Shown here: positions 54,835 through 64,000 of the stretch, piece by piece
Layout of the letters: each line of letters begins with the position of its first letter
Position numbering within the stretch: position 1 is the first letter of the stretch
Assembly: GCA_009914755.4 (NCBI GenBank)
Contig: CP068257.2
Location: forward strand, 6,432,001-6,496,000
Direction: 5' to 3'
DNA: 64,000 bases
Source of the DNA: the human T2T-CHM13v2.0 reference genome, Homo sapiens
The notes under the pieces: generated by a model
The model's database searches: none
Told to the model about the DNA's origin: nothing
The model's input: the letters and a program-made list of their open reading frames with translations, nothing else
Program-made: the position numbers and the translations under genes

Positions 54835-55107
54835 GAATGGAATGGAATGGATTGGAATGGAATGGAATGGAATGGAATGGAATGGAGTGGAGTGGAGTGG
54901 AGTGGAGTGGAGTGGAGTGGAATGGAATAGAATGGAGTGGAATGGAATGGGATGGAGTGGAAGGAATGGAGTGGAGGGGAGTGGAGTGGAGAGAAATGGA
55001 GTGAAATGGAATGGGATGGAATGGAATGGAGTGGAGTGGAGTGGAGTTGATTGGAGTGGAGTGGAATGGAGTGGAATGCAATAGAATGGAATGGTATGGA
55101 ATGGAAT

Positions 55108-55129
55108 GGGGGAGGGGAGGGGAGGGGAG
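55108..55129 (+). repeat. (GGGGA)4 G-tract (paralogous site 52119-52135 has (GGGGA)3)
   Basis: gggggaggggaggggaggggag, read directly. Confidence 0.85.
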
Positions 55130-55195
55130 TGGAGTGGAGTGGAATTGAGTGTAGTGGCACAGCATGGAATGGAAAGGAAAGGAATACGATGGAAT

Positions 55196-55275
55196 GGTGA
55201 AATGAAATGTGAGCTGAGATTGTGTCCCTGTATTCCAGCCTTTTTTGACAGAGAGATATCCCATCGAAAGAAAGG
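55196..55275 (+). repeat. Alu 3'-end-derived segment (long form, paralog of 52197)
   Basis: gtgaaatgaaatgtgagctgagattgtgtccctgtattccagccttttttgacagagagatatcccatcgaaagaaagg. Confidence 0.7.
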
Positions 55276-55382
55276 AATGGAATGGAATGGGGTGGAATGG
55301 AATGGGGTGGAATGGAATGGGGTGGAATGGAATGGAATGGAATGGAATGGAATGGAATGGAATGGAATGGAATGGAATGGAG

Positions 55383-55458
55383 AAATTAAATGTGAGCTAA
55401 GATTGTGCCAATGCCCTCCAGTCAGGATTACAGATTGAGATCCATTTCGAAATAAAGG
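55383..55458 (+). repeat. Alu 3'-end-derived segment (long form, paralog of 52388)
   Basis: gaaattaaatgtgagctaagattgtgccaatgccctccagtcaggattacagattgagatccatttcgaaataaagg. Confidence 0.7.
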
Positions 55459-55580
55459 AATGGAATGGAATGGAGTAGAATGGAATGACTGGAGTGGCGT
55501 GGAGTGGAGTCGAGTAGCATGCAGTGGAGTTGAGTGGAGTGGAATGGAATTTCGGGGAATGGAATGGAATGGAACGGAAT

Positions 55581-55660
55581 GGTGAAATGAAATGTGAGCT
55601 GGGATTTTGTAATTGCACTCCATTTTGGGTGACAGAGTGAGATCCTGTCAAAAGAAAATA
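55581..55660 (+). repeat. Alu 3'-end-derived segment (long form, paralog of 52595)
   Basis: gtgaaatgaaatgtgagctgggattttgtaattgcactccattttgggtgacagagtgagatcctgtcaaaagaaaat. Confidence 0.7.
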
Positions 55661-55758
55661 TTGAAATGGAATGGAGTGAAAATGAATGGAATAGAATGGA
55701 GTGGAGTGCAGTGGAGTGGAGTGGAGTGGAATGGAATGGAAGGGAATGGAATGGAATG

Positions 55759-55793
55759 GAAGGGAAGGGAAGGGAAGGGAAGGGAAGGGAAAG
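55759..55793 (+). repeat. (GGGAA)7 variant-pentamer run (the paralogous site ~52760-52790 has only ~3 units)
   Basis: gaagggaagggaagggaagggaagggaagggaaagg, read directly. Confidence 0.85.
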
Positions 55794-55819
55794 GAATGGA
55801 ATGGAAGGGAAGGGAATGA

Positions 55820-55898
55820 GGAAATGAAATGTGAGCTGACATTGTGGCACTGCACTCCAACCTGGGTGACACAGTGAGATCCTGTCGAAAGAAAATAT
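55820..55898 (+). repeat. Alu 3'-end-derived segment (long form, paralog of 52810)
   Basis: ggaaatgaaatgtgagctgacattgtggcactgcactccaacctgggtgacacagtgagatcctgtcgaaagaaaat. Confidence 0.8.
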
Positions 55899-56110
55899 TG
55901 GAATGCAATGGACTGCAATGTAATGGAATACAGTAAAGTGGAGTGGAAAGGAGTGGAATGGAATGTGATGGAATGAAATGGACTGGAGTGGAGTGGAGTA
56001 GAGTGGAACGGAATGGAAAGGAGTGGAGTGGAGTGGAGTGGAGTGCAGTGGAATGAGGTGCAGTGGAATTCATTGGAATGGAACGGAATGGAATGAAAAG
56101 GAATGCAATA

Positions 56111-56172
56111 GGTGTTGAGATTGTGCTACTGCACTACAGCCTGTGTGACAGAGGCAGATCCTGTCAAAAGAT
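56111..56172 (+). repeat. Alu 3'-end-derived segment (short form, paralog of 53090)
   Basis: ggtgttgagattgtgctactgcactacagcctgtgtgacagaggcagatcctgtcaaaagatagg. Confidence 0.75.
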
Positions 56173-56543
56173 AGGCGTGGAATAGGTTGGAGTACAGTGG
56201 AGTGGAGAGGAGTGGAATGGAGTGGAGTGGACTGGAGTGGAATGGAATGGATTGGAGTGGAATGGAAAGGACTGGAGTGGAGTGGAATGGAATGAAGTGG
56301 AGTGGAGTGGAGTGGAGTGGAATGGAGTGGAGTGGAATGGAATGGAATGGAGTGGAGTGGAGTGGAGTGGAATGGAGTTGAGTGGAGTGGAATGGAGTGG
56401 CATGGAATGTAAAGGAATGGAGTGGAATGGCATGGACTGGAGTGGAGTGGAATGGAAGGGAGTGGAGTGGAATGGAATGGAATGGAGTGGAATGGAATGG
56501 AGTGGTGAGGAGTGGACTGGAGAGGAATGGAATGGAATGGAAT

Positions 56544-56577
56544 GGCATGGCATGGCATGACATGGCATGGCATGGAA
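56544..56577 (+). repeat. (GGCAT)6 variant-pentamer run
   Basis: atggcatggcatggcatgacatggcatggcatgg, read directly. Confidence 0.8.
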
Positions 56578-56804
56578 TGGAATGGAATGGAATGGAATGG
56601 AATGGAATTAAGTGGAGTGGAGCAGAGTGGAGAGGAGTGGAAAGGAGTGGAATGGAATGGAGTGGAATGGAGTACAGTGAAGTGGAGAGAAGTGCAATGA
56701 AGTGGAATGGAATCGGATGTAATGGAATGTAGTACAGTGTAGTGGAGTTAAGTGGAACGAAATGGAATGGAACGGGACGGAACGGAATGGAACGGAATAG
56801 AATG

Positions 56805-56868
56805 GGTGCTGAGATTGTGCCACTGCACTACAGCCTGTGTGACAGAGAGAGATACTGTAGAAAGAAAG
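56805..56868 (+). repeat. Alu 3'-end-derived segment (short form, paralog of 53836)
   Basis: gtgctgagattgtgccactgcactacagcctgtgtgacagagagagatactgtagaaagaaagg. Confidence 0.75.
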
Positions 56869-57377
56869 GAGTGGAATGGGATAGAGGGGAGTGGAGTTTA
56901 GAGGAGTGGAATGGAGTGGAGTGGAATGGTGTGGAATGGAGTGGAGTGGAGTGGAATTAAATGCAGTGGAGTGGAATGGAGTGCAGTGGAGTGGAGTGGA
57001 ATTCATTGGAGTGGAGTGGAGTGGAGTATAATGGAATGCAATGGAACGGAATGGAATGGAATGGAATGGAGTCGACTGGATTAGTGTGGAGTAGAGTGAA
57101 GTGGATTGAGGAGGAACGGAGCGGAATGGAATGAGATGGAATGGAATGGAATGAAGTGGAGTGGAGTGGGGTGGAGTGGAGTGCAGTGGAATGGTGTGGA
57201 ATGGAATGGGATGGAGTGGATGGAGTGGAATGGAGTGGAGCGCAGTAGAGTGAATATGAGTGGAATGGAGTGGAATGGAAACGAATGTAATGGAATGTAG
57301 TGGAGTGGAGTGGAACGGAGTGGGATGGAATGGAATTGAATGGAATGCAATGGAATACAATGCAATGCAATGGAAAG

Positions 57378-57452
57378 TTGACATGTAATGTGAGCTGAGA
57401 TTGTGCCACTGTACTCCAGCCTCGGTGACACAGTGATATCCTGTCAAAAGAA
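57378..57452 (+). repeat. Alu 3'-end-derived segment (long form, paralog of 54432)
   Basis: ttgacatgtaatgtgagctgagattgtgccactgtactccagcctcggtgacacagtgatatcctgtcaaaagaaagg. Confidence 0.8.
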
Positions 57453-57639
57453 AGGAATGGAAATGAATGGAGTTGAATGGAATGGGATGAAAGGGAATGG
57501 AATGGAGGGGAGTGGAGTGGAGTGGAGTGGATTCGAGTGGAATGGAGTCGAATGGAATGGGATGGAGTGGAATGGAGTGGAGTGAATTGGAGTGAAATAG
57601 AGTGGAATGGAGTGGGATGGAATGGAATACAGTGGAATG

Positions 57640-57714
57640 GTGAAAAGAAATGTGAGGTGAGATTGTGCCACTGCACTCCAGTCTTTGTGACCGAGTGAGA
57701 TCTTGTGGAAAAAA
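57640..57714 (+). repeat. Alu 3'-end-derived segment (long form)
   Basis: gtgaaaagaaatgtgaggtgagattgtgccactgcactccagtctttgtgaccgagtgagatcttgtggaaaaaagg. Confidence 0.75.
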
Positions 57715-58040
57715 GGAATAGAATGGAATAAAGCGGACTGGAATGGAATTGAATGGAAGGGAGTGGAGTGGAGTCGAGTGGAATGGAGTGGAATGAAATG
57801 TGATGGAATGGAATGGCATGGATTATGGTGGAGTGGAGTGGATTGGAGTGGAGTAGAGTGGAATGGAGTGGAATGAAATGGGATGGAATGGAATGCCATT
57901 GAGTGCAGTGGAGTGGAGTGGACTGCAGTGGCGGAGAGTGGAATGGAGTCGAGTGGAATAGAATGGAGTGAAATAGAATGGAATGCAATGGAATGGAAGG
58001 CAAATGAATGGAATGCCATGGAATAGAATGGAATTGAAAG

Positions 58041-58116
58041 GTGAAATGAAATGTGAGCTGAATTTGTGCCACTGCACGCCAGCCTGGGTGACAGAGTGAG
58101 ATGCTGTCGAAAGAAA
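58041..58116 (+). repeat. Alu 3'-end-derived segment (long form, paralog of 50630)
   Basis: gtgaaatgaaatgtgagctgaatttgtgccactgcacgccagcctgggtgacagagtgagatgctgtcgaaagaaag. Confidence 0.8.
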
Positions 58117-58349
58117 GAAATGGAATGGAATGGAGTGGATTGGAGCGGTGTGGAGTGGAGTGGTGTGGAGTAGAATGGAATGGGATGGACTGTAATGGAA
58201 TGGAGTGCAGTGGAGTGGAGTGGCGGAGAGTGGAATGGAGTCGAGTGGAATGGAATGGAATGGACTGGAGTGGAATGGAGTGGAACGGAATGGAAAGGAG
58301 TGGATTGGAGTGCAGTGGAGTGGAGTGGAGTGGAATGGAATGGAATGGA

Positions 58350-58434
58350 ATGGATTAGCGAAATGAAATGTAAGCTGAGATTCTGCCACGGTACTCCAGA
58401 ATGGGTGACAGAGTGACATCCTGTCTAATGTAAG
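58350..58434 (+). repeat. Alu 3'-end-derived segment (long form, paralog of 50946)
   Basis: cgaaatgaaatgtaagctgagattctgccacggtactccagaatgggtgacagagtgacatcctgtctaatgtaagg. Confidence 0.7.
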
Positions 58435-58831
58435 GAATGGAATTGAGTGGGGTGGAATTGAATGGAATGTAGTGGAGAGGATAGGAGTGGAGTGGAGTGG
58501 AATGGAGTTGAGAGGAATGGAATGGAAGGGAGAGGAGAGGAGTTGACGGAGTGGAGTGGAATGGAATGGGATAGAATCGAATGGAATGAAATTGAGGGGA
58601 GTGGAGTGGAGTGTTGGGGAGAGGAGTGGAGTGGTGTGGAAATGGATGGAATTGAATGTAGTGGAGTGGAGTGGAGTGGGATGGAGAGGAGTGGAGTAGA
58701 GTGGAGTGGAAAGGAACAAAATTGAATGGAGTGGAGCCGAGTGGAGTGGAGTGGAGTGCAGTGGAGTAGAATGGAATACAGTGGAATGGAAATGAATGGA
58801 ATGGAAAGGAATGTAACGGAATAGAATGGAA

Positions 58832-58910
58832 TGATGAAATGAAATATGAGCTGAGATTGTAACACTGCACTCCAGCCAGTGTGACAGAGTGAAATACTGT
58901 CAAAAGAAAG
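58832..58910 (+). repeat. Alu 3'-end-derived segment (long form, paralog of 51472)
   Basis: gatgaaatgaaatatgagctgagattgtaacactgcactccagccagtgtgacagagtgaaatactgtcaaaagaaagg. Confidence 0.75.
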
Positions 58911-59214
58911 GAATGGAATGGACAGGTGTGGAATGGAATGGAATGGAATGGAGTGGAGTGGAGTGGATTATAGTGGAATGGAGTGGAATGGAATGGGATG
59001 GAGTGGAGTGGAGTGGAGGGGAGTTGAACGGAACGGTATGGAATGGAATGGAATGGAATGGAATGGAATGGAATGCAGTGGATTGGAGTGGAGTTTGCAG
59101 GAGTGCAATGGAATGGGATGGAATGAATTGAATGCATTGCAATGGAATGGAAAGCAATGGAATGCAATGGAAAGGAATGCAATGGAATGGAATGGAATGC
59201 AATGGAATGGAATG

Positions 59215-59292
59215 GAGAAATGAAATGTGAGCTGACATACTGCCACTACACTCCAGCCTGGGTGACAGAGTGAGATCCTCTCGAAAGAGAGT
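59215..59292 (+). repeat. Alu 3'-end-derived segment (long form)
   Basis: gagaaatgaaatgtgagctgacatactgccactacactccagcctgggtgacagagtgagatcctctcgaaagagag. Confidence 0.8.
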
Positions 59293-59366
59293 TATGGAAT
59301 GGAATGGAGTGAAATGGAATGGAATGGAATGGAATGGAATGGAATGGAATGGAATGGAATGGAATA

Positions 59367-59444
59367 GTGAAATGAAATGTGACCTGAGATTCTGCCACTG
59401 CACTCCAGACTGTGTGACAGAGTGAGATCCTGTCGAATGTAAGG
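59367..59444 (+). repeat. Alu 3'-end-derived segment (long form)
   Basis: gtgaaatgaaatgtgacctgagattctgccactgcactccagactgtgtgacagagtgagatcctgtcgaatgtaagg. Confidence 0.8.
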
Positions 59445-59782
59445 AATGGAATGGAATAGAGTGGAATGGAATGGAATGGAATGGAATGGAATGGAACGGA
59501 ATGGAATGGAGAGGAGAGGAGCGGAGCGGAGTGGAGTGGAATTGAATGGAATGGGACGGAATTGAATGGAATGAAGTGGAGGGTAGTGGAATGGAGAGAA
59601 GAAACGAGGAGTGGAAATGAATGGTATTGGATAGAATGGAATGGAGTTGAGTGTATTGGGGTGAAGAGGAGTGGAATAGAGTGGAATGGAATGGAATGGA
59701 GCGGAGTGGAGTAGAGTGGATTGTGGTGGAATGTAATGGAATAGAATGGAATGGAAAGGAAAGGAATATAATAGAATGGAAT

Positions 59783-59862
59783 GATGAAATGAAATATGAG
59801 CTGAGATTGTGCCACTGCACTACAGCCAGGATGACACAGTGAGATCCTGTTGAAGGAAAGGA
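59783..59862 (+). repeat. Alu 3'-end-derived segment (long form)
   Basis: gatgaaatgaaatatgagctgagattgtgccactgcactacagccaggatgacacagtgagatcctgttgaaggaaagg. Confidence 0.8.
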
Positions 59863-60155
59863 ACGGAATGGAAGGGAGTGGAATGGAATGGAATGGAATG
59901 GAATGGAATGGAGTGGAGTGGAGTGGCATGCAGTCGAATGGAGTGCAGTATCCTGGAATCAAATGGGATGGAATGGAATGAAATGGAGTAGAGGGGAGTG
60001 GAGTGGAGTGGAATGGAATTGAAAGGAATGGAATGGAGTGCAATGGAGTGGAATGGATTGGAGTGCATAGGAGTGGAATGGAATGGAATGGAATGGAATT
60101 TAAAGGAACATAATGGAATGGAACGCAATGGAATGTAATGCAATGGAATGGAATG

Positions 60156-60232
60156 TGAAATGAAATGTGAGCTGAGAAAGTGTCACTGAACCCTGGGCTG
60201 GGTGACAGAGTGAGACCTTGTCGAAAGAAAGG
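60156..60232 (+). repeat. Alu 3'-end-derived segment (long form, diverged)
   Basis: gtgaaatgaaatgtgagctgagaaagtgtcactgaaccctgggctgggtgacagagtgagaccttgtcgaaagaaagg. Confidence 0.7.
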
Positions 60233-60625
60233 AATGGAATTGAAAGGAGTTGAAAGGAATGGAATGGAGTGGAGTGGAGTGGAGCTGAGTGGAATGCACT
60301 GGATTTGACTGGAGTCGAGTGGAATGGAGTGGAATGGAATGCGGTGGAGTGGAATGTAAAGGAGTGGAGAGAGGTGGTGTGGAGAGGAGTGGAGTGGAAT
60401 TGAGTGGAATTCAATGGGATGGAATGGAATGGAGTGGAGTGAAATGGAGTGGAGTGGAGTGGAATAGAGTGCAATGGAATGGAATGGAATTGAGGGTAAT
60501 GGAATTGAGTGCAGAGGAGTGCATTGGAGTGGAGTGGAATGCAGTTGAATGGGAAGGGATGCAATGGAATGGAAGGGAACGGAATGGAACAGAACGGAAC
60601 GGAATGGAATGGAATGGAATGGAAT

Positions 60626-60704
60626 CGTGAAATGAAATGATAGCTGAGATTATGGCACTTCACTCCATCCTGGGTGACGGAGTGAGATCCTGTCGAGAGA
60701 AAAG
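60626..60704 (+). repeat. Alu 3'-end-derived segment (long form)
   Basis: gtgaaatgaaatgatagctgagattatggcacttcactccatcctgggtgacggagtgagatcctgtcgagagaaaag. Confidence 0.75.
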
Positions 60705-60978
60705 AATGGAATGAAATGGAGTGGAATGGAATGGAGTAGAATACAGTGGAGTGGAGTGGAGTGGAATGGACTGGAATGGAATGAGATGGGAGGGAGTGGA
60801 ATGGAATGGGATGGAGTGGAGTGGAGTGGAATGGAATGGGATGGAATGGAATGGAGTGGAGTGGAGTGGAGTGGAATGCAATGGAATGGAATGGAATGGA
60901 GTGGAGTGGAGTGGAGAGGGGTGGAGAGGAGTGGACTGGAATGGAATGGAATGGAATGAAATGGAGTGGAATAGAATG

Positions 60979-61056
60979 GTGAAATGAAATCTGAGCTGAG
61001 ATTGTGCCTCTGCACTCCATCCTGGGTAACAGAGTGAGATCCTGTCGAAAGAAAGC
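60979..61056 (+). repeat. Alu 3'-end-derived segment (long form)
   Basis: gtgaaatgaaatctgagctgagattgtgcctctgcactccatcctgggtaacagagtgagatcctgtcgaaagaaagc. Confidence 0.8.
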
Positions 61057-61380
61057 AATGCAATGGATTGGAGTGGAACGCAATGGAATGGAATGGAATG
61101 GAAAGGAATGGAATGGAATAGAATGGAGTGGGTTGGAGTGGAATGGAGTGGAATGGAATGGGATGTAATGAAATTTAGTGTAATGGACCAGACTGGAGTA
61201 GAATGGAGTTGAGTAGAGTGGAAGGGACTGGAATGGAATGGGATGGAATGGAATGGAATAGAGTGGAGTGGAGTGGAGTGGGGTGGAAAGGAATGGGATG
61301 GAGTTGAGTGGAGTGGAGTGGAGTAGAATGGAATGGAATGGAGTGGAATGGAAAGGAATGGAATGAAATTGAATGCAATG

Positions 61381-61458
61381 GTGAAATGAAATGTGAGGTG
61401 ATATTGTGCCACCGCACTCCAGCCTCAGTGACAGAGTGAGATTCTCTCGAAAAAAAGG
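61381..61458 (+). repeat. Alu 3'-end-derived segment (long form)
   Basis: gtgaaatgaaatgtgaggtgatattgtgccaccgcactccagcctcagtgacagagtgagattctctcgaaaaaaagg. Confidence 0.8.
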
Positions 61459-62204
61459 AATTGAATGCAATGGAGTGGAATGGAATGGAATGGAAAGCAG
61501 TGGATGGAGTGGAGTGGAATAGAGTGGAACGGTATGTGATGGAGTGGAATGGAATGGAGTGGAGTGGAGTGGAGTGGAGTGGAATTGAGTGGAATGGAAA
61601 GGGATGGAATGGAATGGAATGGGGAGGATTGTAGTGGAGGGGAGTTGAGTGGAGTGGGGAGGAATAGAATGGAATGGAATGGAATGGAATAGAGTGGAGT
61701 TGCGTGTAGTGTAGTGTAGTGTAGTGGAATGGAGTGGAATGGAATGTGTTGGAATGGAATTGAGTGGAGTGGAGTGGAGTGGAGTGGAACGGAATGGAAT
61801 GGAATGGAATGGAATGGAATGGAATGGAAAGGAATGGAAAGGAAAGGCATGCAGTGGAGTGGAGTGGAGTGGAGTTCACATAAGTGGAATGAAATGGGAG
61901 GGAATGGAATTGAATGGAATGCAATGGAATGGAATGCAATGGAATGAAATGGAATAGAATGTAATGGCATACAATGGAATGGAAAGGAATGGAATGGAAA
62001 GGAATGGAAAGGAAAGGCATGTAGTGGAGTGGAGTGGAGTTCACATAAGTGGAATCGAATGGGAGGGAATGGAATTGAATGGGATGCAATGGAATGGAAT
62101 GCAATGCAATGCAAAGGGTTGGAATGCAATGGAATGAAATGGAATAGAATGCAATGGAATACAATGGAATGGAATGCAAAGGAATGCAAAGGAATGGATG
62201 GTGA

Positions 62205-62760
<556 letters not shown>

Positions 62761-64000
62761 GTTTTTAGCTTCAAGTAACAGAATAGTCAACTAACTGAAG
62801 AAAAAAACAAGGAGCAACTTTTACCTAATCGCACAACAAATAGATGGTATCAATGCTTAGTTAATTCAACATGATCCACTTCTTTGTGATTCTCTTATCT
62901 TTCTACCTATGTTTTCAAGACGGCTATGACATTCCCAGCCTTACAACTTCATCTGACAAAATTCAATGGCAGGAAATAATAAGTGATGGCATTTTGGAAC
63001 TTTAAGGAAAAACTTTAAGGATTGGAAAACAGGGATGTCATATGTCCAGTAACATGGGATAGCCGCTCCTAATTAAGGATTGTTGTATGTCCTGAATGAC
63101 TTTCTAATGTAATGAAGGCGAATAACCTGCTTTGTTTAATTATACAATCCCAAATGTAACTGCCTAAGTGCCAAGTACTTTTGCATGGTTTTAATATGCC
63201 ATGAATTTTGCAAGAATGAAACTACTATGTATATGAGAAAAGACGGTAGATTTTTTCATTTAGATACTCATTTCAGAGTCTCAATAGGAAAAATAGAACA
63301 CACACAAACTAAGATAATTTAACATGGGTTTATTTCCAAAGAGACTACTTACGAAAATGTCAGGGGAGAAGGGTGAAGGAATCACAGAAATCACACCCCA
63401 CAATAACTCTGGGTTAGTAGCAGCAGGCAGAGTTCTGGGGAGTAAACTGCCCTTATCACACAAGGAAACACTAATTTTCTTATGAAAAAGATTGGTCAAG
63501 GAGACCTAGCAGAGAGGGAGTTTAGGCAATAACCCCCAATCTCATTTCCTCCTTCCCTTTAATCTCATGAACATGCATAGAAGGCAATGAGCAAGGGAAC
63601 CGATTGAGATATTCAATATGGACCATTCCACTTGGACAAAAGCCAGTAAATAGGGGAGTATAACAGGGGACAAGGGTCAAACAGAAAGTATCTATTACAT
63701 TTACCAATGCAGATCAATCATGTCAACAATAGAAATGGCAGTTTTGGCATTTGGTTATTCAATGAAACTATATTTGTAGTTTCTTATTTACAATGTTTCA
63801 AAGTATGGGTGAAGATATGAAAATTTCATTATGTTCTATTGTATTTGACATGTAAATGTTCTGGCACAATTATATACATTTTGGATTATATATTGACAGT
63901 AAATTATTTCTCCTTTGTTAGCTTCAGCATAACATTAATATTTTCAACAACTTGAATGCATACGTTGTGTTCTCACTAATAGTTTAGAATAGCGAAGGGG
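62761..64000. other. Non-satellite AT-rich flanking sequence; no supportable gene or recognisable repeat family by eye
   Basis: Pentamer periodicity ends. Only two short ORFs (72 and 61 aa) with no coding features. Composition is typical of intergenic/intronic human DNA. Confidence 0.5.

Larger units (their letters stand above)
51527..57450. repeat. Tandem duplication (~2.96-kb unit, 51527-54495 and 54495-57450) within the Alu-fragment-bearing satellite, ~90% identity
   Basis: Read directly. 52030-53200 aligns with 54955-56200 and 53830-54500 with 56800-57440, including the embedded Alu-like segments. Offset ~2925-3000 with several pentamer indels. Boundaries +/-50 bp. Confidence 0.75.
57800..59280. 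repeat. Second copy of the ~1.5-kb segment (paralog of 50400-51910)
   Basis: See above. Confidence 0.7.

Noticed and set aside
63281-63707. Two minus-strand ORFs (72 aa and 61 aa) in the unique flank
   Set aside because: They are short, AT-rich, without conserved-looking features, and in a region with frequent stops in the other frames. They are indistinguishable from chance ORFs.

Overview
There are no protein-coding genes, RNA genes, CRISPR arrays or prokaryotic systems in this window. It is primate, almost certainly human, pericentromeric satellite DNA plus one array boundary. My working view is that it contains no undescribed biological system of the gene-cassette kind.

Main blocks:
- 1 to about 48140 is canonical human satellite III (HSat3). 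The + strand carries (GGAAT)n interrupted every ~100-300 bp by the diagnostic 10-mers CAACCCGAGT / CAACCCGAAT, the reverse complement of the classical A(T/C)TCGGGTTG.
- About 48141 to 62496 is a more diverged GGAGT/GGAAT pentamer satellite. It carries about 35 copies of a ~60-80 bp Alu 3'-end-derived segment, spaced irregularly at ~150-700 bp.
- At 62497 the array abuts a 5'-truncated Alu in + orientation with an A-rich tail to 62760.
- 62761-64000 is AT-rich non-satellite sequence with no supportable gene.

Superimposed on the satellite are several multi-kb tandem duplications (higher-order-repeat-like). Units of ~2.51 kb, ~2.82 kb and ~3.89 kb are near-identical, and a ~2.96 kb unit is ~90% identical; all indels between copies are multiples of 5 bp.

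The dense six-frame ORF track is an artefact. Pentamer repeats have no stop codon in any frame, giving low-complexity translations such as MEWNG, GVEWS and HSIPF.

The most interesting points are the composite Alu-fragment/pentamer satellite subfamily, the nested near-identical tandem duplications (which are also an assembly-collapse risk), a single 15-bp perfect inverted repeat that locally flips the pentamer strand, variant-pentamer microblocks ((TAATG)11, (GGCAT)6, (GGGAA)7, (GGGGA)4), and the satellite/Alu/unique boundary.
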